Shown in pieces: positions 39,750 to 49,747 of a stretch of DNA of 64,000 nucleotides. Both the position numbers and the translations under genes were made by a program. Origin of the DNA: Myxococcota bacterium (GTDB taxonomy: Bacteria > Myxococcota_A > UBA9160 > UBA4427); assembly GCA_965250285.1 (NCBI GenBank), contig OZ252299.1, positions 4,512,001 through 4,576,000 of the forward strand. Direction: 5' to 3'. Position 1 is the stretch's first letter. Each line of letters begins with the position of its first letter. Under the pieces are notes generated by a model. That model did not search any database. It was not told the DNA's origin and saw nothing but the letters and a program-made list of their open reading frames with translations.

Positions 39750-40664
39750 CTAGAGCTTCGAGAGCACCGGGATCGTCGCGAACGCCAGCGTGTCGCCGAG
39801 CTGCTTGCCGGAGGCGATCCGGTTCATGAAGGTGCTGCTCAGCATCGCCTGCATGTGGTCGATCCCCGGGTAGTAGACCGCGGCGAACGACGAAAACCGG
39901 CTGTCGCCCTCGACCGTGACGGCCCGTCCCATGTGCATCGGACCGTATGCCCCTTCGGCCATGCCGCGCACCATCTGGTAGCTGTAGGCGCGGTCGGCCG
40001 CCCGCTGATCGGACGTGCCCGGTAGGAGCAGGTTGAAGATCACGACCGCGTCCTCGCGCACGTCCCGGTACGCATCGAATCTCCCGAGCATTTCTTTCCC
40101 CCGTTCCCGGAACTCGGGGAGGGCGTCTTCTTCGCTCACCGGCTGGAAGGGGAGGATGTTGTCCCGGCGCCGAGCGATGTCGAGCAGTCGCACGCCTCCG
40201 AGACCGAGTGGGATCAAGAGGTTGGTGAGCGCCGATCGCTCGAACCCATGGACGTGGCTGTGCTCGCACTGCTGCAACGCATGCTTCAGCTCGGGGCCAT
40301 TGTGACTTCGGTCGAAAGCCTTGCGCGACGGCCAGTGGGCGAGGATGGCCGCACTCCAGTCGTTCTCGAGCTGGGTCGAAGGCACCATGGTCTGCACGAC
40401 GAGACCGGCGTAGACGAGCTGCCCGCCGCCTGCCTCGATCGCGTCGCGCACGGCGCGGAGAGCTGCGAGCTCACCATCACGCCCCGCTTCATCGTTCACC
40501 CTCAGCAGCAAGACGCCGTGGAAGGTGTGGCCGCCATGCAGAAGAGGCTGGCGGTCGTCGACGCGCTCGCGTCGGATCTCGAGGTATCGGAAGTGCTGCC
40601 ACAGCGCGGCCAAGACCAGGCCGACCACGGCGAGGGCAAGAAGCAGGAACGCGATCTTCAGCAC
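39750..40664 (-). CDS. Membrane-anchored hypothetical protein, paralog of 37916..38809
   Basis: Shares LWQH.RY, DRQ..FH, YAG, NDW, ADRAY, MAE..YGP.H.G, YPG and KQ.GDT...T.P.L with 37916..38809. Confidence 0.75.
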   Translation of the reverse strand: MLKIAFLLLALAVVGLVLAALWQHFRYLEIRRERVDDRQPLLHGGHTFHGVLLLRVNDEAGRDGELAALRAVRDAIEAGGGQLVYAGLVVQTMVPSTQLENDWSAAILAHWPSRKAFDRSHNGPELKHALQQCEHSHVHGFERSALTNLLIPLGLGGVRLLDIARRRDNILPFQPVSEEDALPEFRERGKEMLGRFDAYRDVREDAVVIFNLLLPGTSDQRAADRAYSYQMVRGMAEGAYGPMHMGRAVTVEGDSRFSSFAAVYYPGIDHMQAMLSSTFMNRIASGKQLGDTLAFATIPVLSKL

Positions 40665-40713
40665 TGGACGAGTCTCCGGGGCGTGTTTCGTCGGACCGAG
40701 CGACAGAGAAGCG

Positions 40714-41019
40714 CTAGGGCTGCTTCTTCACGTGGATGTCGTTCACCTTCCACGCCCCGCCGATCTCGCGCCAGACCGTTCCGATGATGCCCTCCTGTTC
40801 GTCATTGCCGAGGATGAGATCCACCGGATGGTCGTCGCCCTCCGCGGGCAGAAGCACGGCCTCCTTGCGGGTGGGCGTTCCACCCTGCGGCTGCGGCCCC
40901 TGACCGAGGGCCATTGCCTTGGACATGCCTTCGGACGTGAACGTGGCCATCAGCCCGCCCATGTTCTGGGCGATCAAGTCTTCGATGAACTGATTCGCGG
41001 CTTCTTGCAGGTCGGCCAT
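40714..41019 (-). CDS. Small hypothetical protein
   Basis: AAGGAG RBS, typical codon usage, MADLQEAANQFIEDL...WREIGGAWKV. Confidence 0.7.
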   Translation of the reverse strand: MADLQEAANQFIEDLIAQNMGGLMATFTSEGMSKAMALGQGPQPQGGTPTRKEAVLLPAEGDDHPVDLILGNDEQEGIIGTVWREIGGAWKVNDIHVKKQP

Positions 41020-41339
41020 GGCGGCTCCTTCTCGATCGGGCGCAGGGGGTGCGCCGGTGTGTGTTCGGGGTCGGAGCGAGCGGCGGAATGGCCGCGACGC
41101 ACGCACGACATCGGTGAGATCAGGCGGGCTCCTCGTCCGGGCCTCCTGCCGTGCAGCGCTCCAGCCGTGATTCTAGTGAGTCGAACCAAAATATGAAAGA
41201 ACTTCCGATTGACAGTACTATCTATTTTTGAGAGGTTGCGGTGGGCCGAAGCAAGATCCCCACACCTGCAACACACCCCGTGGAGGTTCTTCGCAGCCAG
41301 ACCCAGAGTCCCGCCACCCTCACGACTGGGAGCCTCCCG

Positions 41340-42074
41340 ATGAAGCAGATCCTGATCGCGGCCCTCGTGCTCGTCCTTCCCGGCACCTCGACTGCGCAGG
41401 ACGTAGGTCACGAGCTGCTCGACGCCTCGGCCGGTTTTCCGATCGTGGTCTGGGGAAACCAGGAGATCACGACCCCGGAGTACGACGCGCTGGTGCTCCC
41501 GCCAGGATGGCTCCGCAACGAGCCGCGTGAGGGTGTCGGTCAGGCAGGCCAGTTCCTCCGCTCCCCGGGTCTTCCCGCCGACGGCCAGTTCACGACCCAG
41601 GAGCTGTACGGCTTCACCTGGCTGCATCAGGCGTCGGTCGTGGGCGTGGGCGGCAACCTCGACCCGGGCGGCCTTCTGACGGCGAACACCGTCGAGAAGC
41701 ACCACGAACTCGTGTGGCCAGCCGGCAGCAACGCGACCGTGCTGACGGCACCTGGCGGAGAGCAGTACATCCTCGTCTCTCGCGACGCGCAGCGCACGTC
41801 CGACACGCCGACCCTGCCGCCCGGCTGGACCCTGGATGTCAGGCTCGTTGCGTCGGACATCCTCGTCCAACTGCCCCTCCAGACCACGGTCATTCGGGCG
41901 GACAACGAGGACTCGTTCCAAGGCCCCGTCCCCGCCAGCGTCCTTCCGGTCCCCGCGCCCGTCCCCGTTCTGCCGACGCCCGGATGGGTCGTGATCGGCG
42001 CTTGTCTTCTCGCGAGCGGCGTGGCGCTCGCAAGCACAGCCGCCACGCCTCCGGGACTCATGAAGGACGGTTGA
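41340..42074 (+). CDS. Secreted protein with IPTL-CTERM-like tail
   Basis: Signal peptide MKQILIAALVLVLPGTSTA; tail PVPVLPTPGWVVIGACLLASGVAL. Confidence 0.75.
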   Translation: MKQILIAALVLVLPGTSTAQDVGHELLDASAGFPIVVWGNQEITTPEYDALVLPPGWLRNEPREGVGQAGQFLRSPGLPADGQFTTQELYGFTWLHQASVVGVGGNLDPGGLLTANTVEKHHELVWPAGSNATVLTAPGGEQYILVSRDAQRTSDTPTLPPGWTLDVRLVASDILVQLPLQTTVIRADNEDSFQGPVPASVLPVPAPVPVLPTPGWVVIGACLLASGVALASTAATPPGLMKDG

Positions 42075-42089
42075 CCCGGCGCTCGGACG

Positions 42090-42437
42090 CGGGTAGCTGC
42101 TTCATTGAGCGTCGGCGCCGCCAACACGAGCGAGGCACTATGGATCTCGGCCGAGATCTCCGCCCAGGCCTGGCTCGAGAGCTCGCCCTGGGCCACGGCC
42201 TCCTGACCAGCCTGCTCCGCCTGTGCAATGAGCTCGCCGATCTGCGTCACGTCGGCTGCGACCGAGTCGGGGCAGACGTTGCGGAAGACGAAGGCGTTCG
42301 CCGCGCGATCCGATGCGGCACCAACCGCGTCGCGCGACAGCAGATCGTGCCGCTGCACGGCGTACTTCGTGATCCCACCGACGAGGGGGCCAGGCGTGAG
42401 GTTCAAAGCGATCGAGAATGCACGCCGCACCGGCGAG
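42090..42437 (-). pseudogene. Internal fragment of a paralog of 51967..54000
   Basis: RRAFSIALNLTPGPLVGGITKYAVQRHDLLSRDAV...TLNEAAT closely matches RRPFSIALGLTPGPLSGGITKYAVRRHDLLSRDAV...TLNDAAT. Confidence 0.8.
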
Positions 42438-42520
42438 GTGGAGCAGGTCGCCGCGCGAACGAGCGAGGCGCCCGCCGAGTCGGGCGTTCGCTAGGCGCTT
42501 CGCGCACACAGACGTCGCCC
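42432..42520 (+). repeat. 89-bp structured dispersed repeat, copy 2
   Basis: 82/89 identical to 30074..30162. Confidence 0.85.
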
Positions 42521-42843
42521 CAGCGCTGGCTCGATGCCATCGGCGGCGTGGCGTCTGCTCTGCTCCCTGAGGCGTGCGCTGATTGCGCCCAACGGGTGGC
42601 CAGGACCGTCTCGGGCGAACTCTGCTCTGCGGAGAGTCCCTGATTCACAGGGGGGATGTGCCGATCGGCCCATGTCCCGGCTCTCGGCCAGCCCATAGGC
42701 TGTCTCCGAGAAGATTCGGATCGAGCGGCCGAAACGAGCCGCGGCGTCCGGACGGCCGGGCCCGGAGAAGATGAGAGACGTCGCGTCGGGGTCGGGCACA
42801 GCGGGGATGCAAGGCGGCAAGCCGACCCCGGGAGAGCCTGTTC

Positions 42844-43920
42844 ATGTCATGGCCTGATCGAGACTGCGGCGAGAGGCGTCGAACGCTGGGGCGGGCCGTC
42901 GCCCTACTCATGGCGACATTCGGCGCCCTCGCATGTGACGGCGAGAACTCGCCGCTGATCGTCGACGAGACGGCGATCATTGCGAACGCCGGCCTCAACG
43001 AGGTCGTGGCCTACGACGAGCCGAGCACGCTCTCGAACCCGGCGACGCCGAGTCGAGCGACCGACGAACCGCTCCTGCAGCCCTACGCCGTCGCGCTCGA
43101 CGAAGACGGTTCGATCTGGGTCGTCGAGAACGTGGGCGATCCCGGGGCGATGCAGCCTGCCGGACACATCCTCCGCTATGCGCCCTTCGATCTCTCCGAG
43201 CCCGAGGACGTCTTCGATGGGGTTCTCAGCTATCCCACCGATCTGGCGATCGGCGACGACGGGCGCATCTGGATCGCGAATTCGGGGCTCGATTGGACTG
43301 GAACCCCTCGCGGTGGCACATCGATCACGACCATCGCTCCAGGCGCCAACGTCGTGTCGGCGGGCTTCACCTTCGACAACACGAGCTTCGGCTACCCGCT
43401 CGGCGTGGCGCTCGATTCGAATGGAGACGTCTGGCTGACGACAACCTATGGCCTGTTGCTGATGTTCGCGTCTCCGGTGGACGAGATCGGCGGCATGGCC
43501 ACACCCGAGGTCATCATCGTCGGTTTCGGCGGCATGACCGACTTCTTCGACGAGCTGCGCGACGTCGTGCTGGATGACGAAGACGACGTCGTGGTTTCAG
43601 CCAGCCTCCGGGGACAGGGGCGCGTCATCGAGATCGCGCGCGACTCATGGGCAACGGGTGGGGCCGTGACGACCCTCGAAGCAGCCGACGTCGTGACCGA
43701 GCTGACGAGCGACCTCTACGGCAACTGGGGGATCGCCTTTGGCGAGAACGGAGACCTCTGGGTGGTGAACTCGACGGACCCAGACGACAACGCCGACAGC
43801 ACCGGCAGCCTGTTGCGATTCGCTTCGGACGTCACGGGGACGACCTTCGAGACCACGCCGACCCTCGAGATCGACCTGGACTCGCGATTCACGCTCAGCG
43901 TCGCCGTCGGGCGGCCTTGA
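42844..43920 (+). CDS. Acidic NHL-like beta-propeller lipoprotein
   Basis: Lipobox ALAC; repeats PYAVALDEDGSIWV, PTDLAIGDDGRIWIAN, PLGVALDSNGDVW and WGIAFGENGDLWVVN. Confidence 0.8.
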   Translation: MSWPDRDCGERRRTLGRAVALLMATFGALACDGENSPLIVDETAIIANAGLNEVVAYDEPSTLSNPATPSRATDEPLLQPYAVALDEDGSIWVVENVGDPGAMQPAGHILRYAPFDLSEPEDVFDGVLSYPTDLAIGDDGRIWIANSGLDWTGTPRGGTSITTIAPGANVVSAGFTFDNTSFGYPLGVALDSNGDVWLTTTYGLLLMFASPVDEIGGMATPEVIIVGFGGMTDFFDELRDVVLDDEDDVVVSASLRGQGRVIEIARDSWATGGAVTTLEAADVVTELTSDLYGNWGIAFGENGDLWVVNSTDPDDNADSTGSLLRFASDVTGTTFETTPTLEIDLDSRFTLSVAVGRP

Positions 43921-44320
43921 GCCGTGCGCGCCTGGGAGTGTCCGCGAGGTCGCTTCCTGGTCGGTCGATCCGGGGGGCTGGACAGATGCACCGACGACGG
44001 GGGGCCGGTGCTGATCGATGTCCCCTTCGAGGTGGACGCACCGCTGGCCGACGGCACGACCGATCGACTCGTCGTCTACCTGAGTGCGGTGGTCGGCGCT
44101 TTCGCGACCCCGGAGTCGATCGGATCCTACGAAGCGAGCGCGACCATGACGGGCGAAGCAAGCGTGAGAAAGGTGGGCGAGGGCGAGTAGCGACACTCGA
44201 GCTGCTCGCTCTTCCGGCCTTCGCACCGTTCGTACGCGATTAGCCCGACGGGCGGTCGGTCCGGTCTGGCGAGAAGGGGTCTCTGCAGCGGATTCGCCGA
44301 TGGGTGGGCGGGTAGCGCAC

Positions 44321-46333
44321 TCAGCTCGCCTGGGCGCTCCAGCCGAGCTCGCGGGCCCGCGCGCGCGCCTGCGCGGGGATGTCGGCGGCCACGAGCTGCG
44401 CATGCATGACCTGCACGCCGATCATGTGGTTGAAGACCGCATCGAGTGTGTTGCGCGTGGCGACGGTCGTCCCCGGTGCATCGTGCTGGGCGAAGAGTCG
44501 GGCGACGCCCTCCGCAGAGAGGAGCCCCGCCGCTTCGATCGCGCCCGGAGAGAGATGGCGGTCGGCGAGAGCCTGCATGGCCTTCCACTTCTCGGGGTCC
44601 GTATGCGCCGGCGGCGCCATGAAGGCGAACTTCTCGCGTTCGTAGAGGACGCGCGGGAGCAGGCCGCGCATCGCCTCGCGCAGCACCCACTTCTCGGTTC
44701 GGCCCTTGATTCGAACGGTGGGCGGAAGCGTGGCCGCGACCTCGGCCAGGTGGTGGTCGAGAAAGGCGGGGCGAGCCTCCATCGAGTTCGCCATGTCGAC
44801 CCGGTCTCCGCCCCAGGTCAAGATCTGGCCCTCGAGCATCGTCTTGATCCACACGTACTGCGCGCGGTCGAGGGGATGGCGGCCCTTCATCGCGTCGGCG
44901 TCGAGCGCCTCTGCAATCGCCCGACCCGGCTCATAGCCGGCCAGGTCGGCTGCGATGTCGGGGTGGAGAATGCCCGGCACATGCGTCGAGGCCGCGAGCC
45001 AGGGCTGAAGGCAGGCGGGCGTGAAGCCCACTCGGTCGACGAGCGCGGCGTCGGTGACCGTGTCCTCGGCCAGCATCGCGCCCTTGAAGAGCGCGTTCTT
45101 CTCGTGGAGCGTCGCCTCCCACTCGCGTCGATCGGCTTCGGGCAGATCGTCGAGCCCGTGCAGAAAGAGGTCGTTTCGAAACGCGGGATAGCCGGCAAAG
45201 AGCTCGTCCGAGCCTTCGCCGGTGACGACGACCTTGTATCCGGCGTCGCGGACGTGCCGGCTCATGAGCAGCTTGGCCACGGCGAGCGTGTTGTAGATCG
45301 ACCGCTCGGTGTGCCAGAGCGTCTCTTCGAAGTGGTCGTAGAGATGCGTGGCATCGAGGCGCAGCACATCTTGATCGGCGCCGACCGCTTCGGCCATCTC
45401 GCGCGCGATGGGCGTCTCGTCGTACTCCGCGCTGTCGAAGCCGATCGTGAAGGCTTTGACCGGCGATTGCTGGGCCGCCGAGGCCAGCCCGAGGATCGAG
45501 CACGAGTCGATGCCGCCGGACAGGTAACAGCCGACGGGGACGTCGGCTTCGAGCCGGAGCTGCACGGCCTCGAGGAGCCCCGCGCGCACCGCCTCCACGC
45601 ATTCGTCGTCCGAGAGCTTCGCGTGGCCGCCCTTCTCGGGGAAGTCGATGTCCCAGTAGCGGCGCTCCTCGACCGTGAGTCTTCCGTCCCGGCGGCGGAC
45701 GCGGACCGCATGGCCGGGTGAGACCTGGCGAACGCCTGCGAAGGCCGTCGTGCCGGGGACGATCGTCTGCATCAGCTGGTGGTAGACGCCCTGCGGATCG
45801 AATCGACGCGGCACGTCGGGGTGGGCGAAGAGCACCTTGAGCTCGGAGCCGAAGACCAGCGCGTCGTCGGTCGCGACGTAGTAGAGCGGCTTGATCCCGA
45901 AGCGGTCGCGCACCAGCGTGAGCTCGTCCTCCTCGCGGTCGTAGACCGCGAAGGCGAACTCGCCGCGCAGGTGTTCGAGGGTGGCGTCGATGCCGAGGCG
46001 CGGCGCCATGTGGAGGACCAGCTCCGAGTCGCTCTTCGTGACGAACCGGGCCCCCCGCGCAGTGAGGTCCGCCCGGAGTCGCTTGTAGTCATAGAACTCG
46101 CCGTTCTGGGCGAGCAGCCAGCGGCCGTCCCGGCTGACGAAGGGCTGGCGGCCACGCTCCTCGTCGAGGTCGATGATCGACAGCCGCGCGTGGCTCATGC
46201 CGACGCCGTCCATCGTCTTCCAGCCGAAGCCATCGGGACCGCGGTGGTATTGGATCGCCGCCATCGCGACCAGGGTGTCGGGGTCGACGGGGCGCGCTCG
46301 GTCGGCGTGGAAGACGCCAGCGATGCCACACAT
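44321..46333 (-). CDS. asnB: Asparagine synthase (glutamine-hydrolysing) family amidotransferase
   Basis: MCGIAG, HRGPDG, RLSIID, NGE, RDRFGIKPLY, LSGGIDS, TGEGSDELFAGY and E.R.AFLDH. Confidence 0.93.
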   Translation of the reverse strand: MCGIAGVFHADRARPVDPDTLVAMAAIQYHRGPDGFGWKTMDGVGMSHARLSIIDLDEERGRQPFVSRDGRWLLAQNGEFYDYKRLRADLTARGARFVTKSDSELVLHMAPRLGIDATLEHLRGEFAFAVYDREEDELTLVRDRFGIKPLYYVATDDALVFGSELKVLFAHPDVPRRFDPQGVYHQLMQTIVPGTTAFAGVRQVSPGHAVRVRRRDGRLTVEERRYWDIDFPEKGGHAKLSDDECVEAVRAGLLEAVQLRLEADVPVGCYLSGGIDSCSILGLASAAQQSPVKAFTIGFDSAEYDETPIAREMAEAVGADQDVLRLDATHLYDHFEETLWHTERSIYNTLAVAKLLMSRHVRDAGYKVVVTGEGSDELFAGYPAFRNDLFLHGLDDLPEADRREWEATLHEKNALFKGAMLAEDTVTDAALVDRVGFTPACLQPWLAASTHVPGILHPDIAADLAGYEPGRAIAEALDADAMKGRHPLDRAQYVWIKTMLEGQILTWGGDRVDMANSMEARPAFLDHHLAEVAATLPPTVRIKGRTEKWVLREAMRGLLPRVLYEREKFAFMAPPAHTDPEKWKAMQALADRHLSPGAIEAAGLLSAEGVARLFAQHDAPGTTVATRNTLDAVFNHMIGVQVMHAQLVAADIPAQARARARELGWSAQAS

Positions 46334-46344
46334 GGGACGGACTC

Positions 46345-47418
46345 CTACCGGTAGGTCTTCAGCATGGCCGAGAGCAGCGCCATGCGGATGAAGACCGCGC
46401 CGCGAGCCTGCGCGAAGTACCAGTTGTGAGGGGTGCGGTCGAGATCACGGGCGAGCTCCTCGCCGCGAGCGAGGGGGTGGAGCACGATGGCGCCGGCCTT
46501 GAAGGGAGAGCTCGCGTCGAGCCGGAACCGTGCGCCCATCGACTCGTAGTCGTCGCCCTTCCAGGCGATCGCGTTGATGTAGACGGCGTCGAGCTCGGGC
46601 AGCACGGGCTCCAGCTCGTTGACGACCGAGAAGCGCAGCCCCGCCTTCTCGAGCTCCTCCCGCTGGTCGGACGAGAAGGGCTCGGGCTCGTCGCTGATGA
46701 TGTCGATCTGCTCGATGTTGGCCGCGAACTGCGAGAGCAGGATGAGCAGGCTGCGAACGGTGCGCATCTGCGAGGGGACACCCACGATCCCGATTCGGGG
46801 TGGCGCCTCGACCCCATCTTCCGCGAGGTCCGGACGCCACTTGAGCAGGGCGTAGAGATCGGCCAGTGCCTGGGTGGGATGCTCGTCGATCCCGTTGCCC
46901 GCGTTGATGATCGGAACGCGGAGCGAGTCGAGCATGTCATAGACCGAGTGCTCGTCGCTGTCACGCAGCACGACGACGTCACCATAGTGGTTCAGCATCT
47001 CGGCGATGTCAGAGAGCGACTCGCCCTTGGCGAGCCCGGTGGAGAGCGGGTCGGTGATCGACATGACGTCGCCGCCGAGACGATGCCAGGCGCTCTCGAA
47101 GGAGAGCCGCGTCCGCGTGCTGGGCTCGTAGAAGGCGCTGACCAGGATCTTGCCCGTGAGCGGGCGGCTGATCACCTGGGGCTGTGTCTCGTAACGGGCG
47201 GCGAGCCGCGAGAGCTGCACGATCTGGTCGCGGTCGAACTGGCGGGCCGAGATCACCGGTCGGTCCGAGATCTCGAGCAGCGGCGCGAGATTCTCGGCGA
47301 TCGACTCGATCAGCTCTCGCGGGCGCTCGAAGCCCTGGATATCGAGCTCGTGCTCCTCGCTGGCGAGCCCGTCTTCGAGCGCAAGCTCGAGTGTTCTCCG
47401 TTTCTTCGGGTCTACCAC
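46345..47418 (-). CDS. Aspartate carbamoyltransferase-like protein with divergent acceptor site
   Basis: FYEPSTRTRLSF, KGESL, NAGNG..EHPTQ and HPLAR present; YINAIAW replaces the usual RxQxER. Start uncertain (47418 or 47448). Confidence 0.85.
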   Translation of the reverse strand: MVDPKKRRTLELALEDGLASEEHELDIQGFERPRELIESIAENLAPLLEISDRPVISARQFDRDQIVQLSRLAARYETQPQVISRPLTGKILVSAFYEPSTRTRLSFESAWHRLGGDVMSITDPLSTGLAKGESLSDIAEMLNHYGDVVVLRDSDEHSVYDMLDSLRVPIINAGNGIDEHPTQALADLYALLKWRPDLAEDGVEAPPRIGIVGVPSQMRTVRSLLILLSQFAANIEQIDIISDEPEPFSSDQREELEKAGLRFSVVNELEPVLPELDAVYINAIAWKGDDYESMGARFRLDASSPFKAGAIVLHPLARGEELARDLDRTPHNWYFAQARGAVFIRMALLSAMLKTYR

Positions 47419-47534
47419 AGGCGTCTCCCGCGGGCGTCGCGGATCCACAGCACCACGAGGATGACGGGCGCGAGGGTCGCTACGACAGTCGCGAGGGTCA
47501 CCAATGCGCTCAGGAATCCGACGGAGGCTGTCAT
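47412..47534 (-). CDS. 40-aa single-TM peptide
   Basis: GAAGGAGA RBS; MTASVGFLSALVTLATVVATLAPVILVVLWIRDARGRRLW; overlaps the next gene. Confidence 0.7.
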   Translation of the reverse strand: MTASVGFLSALVTLATVVATLAPVILVVLWIRDARGRRLW

Positions 47535-47547
47535 CGTCGTGTCTCCT

Positions 47548-48978
47548 TCATCCTTCGGTTCCGCCGAGTGAAGACCAATCGAAGGGCTCCGGGGCCACAC
47601 GGACAGCGACGCACACGATGGCCATCGAGACGGCCGCCGAGACCAGTGCGGCCACGTAGAAGCCGATCGTCGAGTAGGCGATCAGTCCCGCCGCCGTCCC
47701 GAGGAACATCGCCGCCGACGCACCGACGGGGCTCGCGTTGCGCCAGTAGAGCCCGGTCGCGATCGGCCAGATCGTGCTGGCGACGAACGCGCCCGTGAAG
47801 TGGAGCAGCTCGGCGAGGGTGGCGAGCCTCGGCATGCAGAGGGCCCAGGTGAGCACGCCGATCCCGAGCACGATCCAGCGCGCCGCACGCGCGAGCTCTG
47901 CGGCGTCGGCATCGGGCCGGAGGTGCCCCTTGTAGAGGTCGGTCAGCACGAGATCGGAGGTGGCGGCGAGCAGCGAGTCGAGGCTCGAAGCGAGCGCAGC
48001 GAAGACGACGATGAAGACGAGGATCGCGCCGCCCTGGCCGAGCAGGTGAGCGGCCACCATCGGCCCGACCATGTCGGCAGACGGCACGTTCAGGCCGAGC
48101 GCGGGCACGGTCAGCGCGACGAACCCCGCGACGATGGGAACCGGGATCCAGAGGGCGCCGGCGATCAGGTAGGCGGGCAGACCCACCCCCTCCCGAAACG
48201 CGAAGGCTCGGCTCCACCAGACATTCGAGTGGAAGATCTCGCCGACACCGAAGAGCAGGTTGTTGAAGAGGAACATGATGGCGGCGGGGAAGAGCAGATT
48301 GAGGAGCTCGGGGCGCTCGGCCAGGGTGGCCTCGTGCATGCGATCGAAGCCGACGCGATCGATCGCGAGCCACGCCAGCACGCTCACGCCGACCAGGATG
48401 ATGACGGTCTGGATGAAGTCGGTTCCGATCACGGCGCGCAGGCCACCGAGCAACGTGTAGGCGACGCAGATTGCCACGATGACGGTCATGCCGAGGCGGT
48501 ACTCGATGCCCGTCAATGCGTGGATCAGGACCCCGCCCGCCGTGCCCATCGAGATCAGCCAGCCCAGGGCGTAGAAGAGCGAGATGGCGAGGAAGATCCG
48601 CCAGGCCGTCTTGCCGTAGCGGAGCCGAATGAAATCGCCGCTCGTGAAGCCGCCGGGCATCAGGCTCCGGATGCGGCGGGCAAGCGGAGCGAAGAGCAGC
48701 AGGCCGACGGCGCCCAGCGAGTAGCCGATCATGCCCCAGACCCCGAGCTGCAGCGCCAGCTGGGGAGCGGCCATGGTCGTGTTGCTCGTGACCCAGGTGG
48801 CCATCGCGGTGGCGACGCCCAGCGCCAGCCCCACGCGACGCCCCGCGAGCATGAAGCCCTCGAGATCCTCGGTCTCCCGCCCGAAGTACCAGCCGAGCGC
48901 GACCCACAAGACACTGAACGCCGCGAGGATGCCCCAGCCGACGTTCGGATCGAGGATGGCGGTCTGGACTTCACTCAT
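47548..48978 (-). CDS. Sodium:solute symporter (SSS; urea/amide transporter-like)
   Basis: FMLAGR, MATW, FIRLRYG, YTLLGGLRAVIGTDFIQ and ASSLDSLLAA; about 13 TM segments. Confidence 0.9.
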   Translation of the reverse strand: MSEVQTAILDPNVGWGILAAFSVLWVALGWYFGRETEDLEGFMLAGRRVGLALGVATAMATWVTSNTTMAAPQLALQLGVWGMIGYSLGAVGLLLFAPLARRIRSLMPGGFTSGDFIRLRYGKTAWRIFLAISLFYALGWLISMGTAGGVLIHALTGIEYRLGMTVIVAICVAYTLLGGLRAVIGTDFIQTVIILVGVSVLAWLAIDRVGFDRMHEATLAERPELLNLLFPAAIMFLFNNLLFGVGEIFHSNVWWSRAFAFREGVGLPAYLIAGALWIPVPIVAGFVALTVPALGLNVPSADMVGPMVAAHLLGQGGAILVFIVVFAALASSLDSLLAATSDLVLTDLYKGHLRPDADAAELARAARWIVLGIGVLTWALCMPRLATLAELLHFTGAFVASTIWPIATGLYWRNASPVGASAAMFLGTAAGLIAYSTIGFYVAALVSAAVSMAIVCVAVRVAPEPFDWSSLGGTEG

Positions 48979-49747
48979 GCTCGGCCTTTGCGAGTGCCTC
49001 GACCTCGTCGATCGCTTCTGCCGTGGAGAGCACGCGTGCGTAGCGATCCCTCAGCGTGGTGATGGTGGCCTCCTGGAGCTCGGGCGTGACGGTCGCGCAA
49101 CCGTCACCGATCAGTGTCACATAGTAGCCGAGGTCGCAGGCGTCCCGGATCGCGGTCGAGACGCACTCGTTCGAGTACACCCCCGTGACAAAGAGCGCGT
49201 TGACGTCGAGATTGCGCAGGACATAGTTCAGGTTGGTCGAGTTGAAGACGCCGGACGCCGTCTTGCTGATCACGATCTCGTCGGACGCGGGGGCCACGAT
49301 CTCGACGAACTCCGCCTCCTTCGACCCGGGCGGCGCATGGAGACCGAGGCGCTTGTGGCCCGGGCTGCGATCGCGGCCGTTCGCGGTCAGCGAGGCGATG
49401 CGGGTGTGGATGACCTCGAGCCCTGCGCCTCGAAATGCGTCTTGCAGCCGGCGCACGTTCGGCAGCACCACGTTTTCGAGCCTTCCGAAGTAGTACTCCT
49501 GGGCCTCGAGCGGCACCCCCGAGGCCTCGACGCGCGCAAAGACACCGTGGCCGCGAACGGCGTCGAGGTACTGCATGTCGATGCAGAGCAGCGCCGTATG
49601 CGCCCCCCGAAGCGAACGCTGAAGCGCCGGCGTCTCGGTGAAGGCCTCCCGATAGGGGGCCTTCAGCGGGTCGACGTTCAGAAACGACGGGTGATCGAAT
49701 CGGACGGTCGGCTGACCCAGCGGTCCCTCTTCGTCCTCGTCGTTCAT
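48971..49747 (-). CDS. Cysteine hydrolase (isochorismatase/amidase family)
   Basis: Catalytic triad motifs IDMQ, ISKT and NECV. Confidence 0.9.
   Translation of the reverse strand: MNDEDEEGPLGQPTVRFDHPSFLNVDPLKAPYREAFTETPALQRSLRGAHTALLCIDMQYLDAVRGHGVFARVEASGVPLEAQEYYFGRLENVVLPNVRRLQDAFRGAGLEVIHTRIASLTANGRDRSPGHKRLGLHAPPGSKEAEFVEIVAPASDEIVISKTASGVFNSTNLNYVLRNLDVNALFVTGVYSNECVSTAIRDACDLGYYVTLIGDGCATVTPELQEATITTLRDRYARVLSTAEAIDEVEALAKAEHE

Noticed and set aside
43918..44190. In-frame TGA readthrough from the NHL lipoprotein into ORF 43924..44190
   Set aside because: No redox motif context or convincing SECIS, and the propeller appears complete. The downstream ORF is at best a gene remnant.
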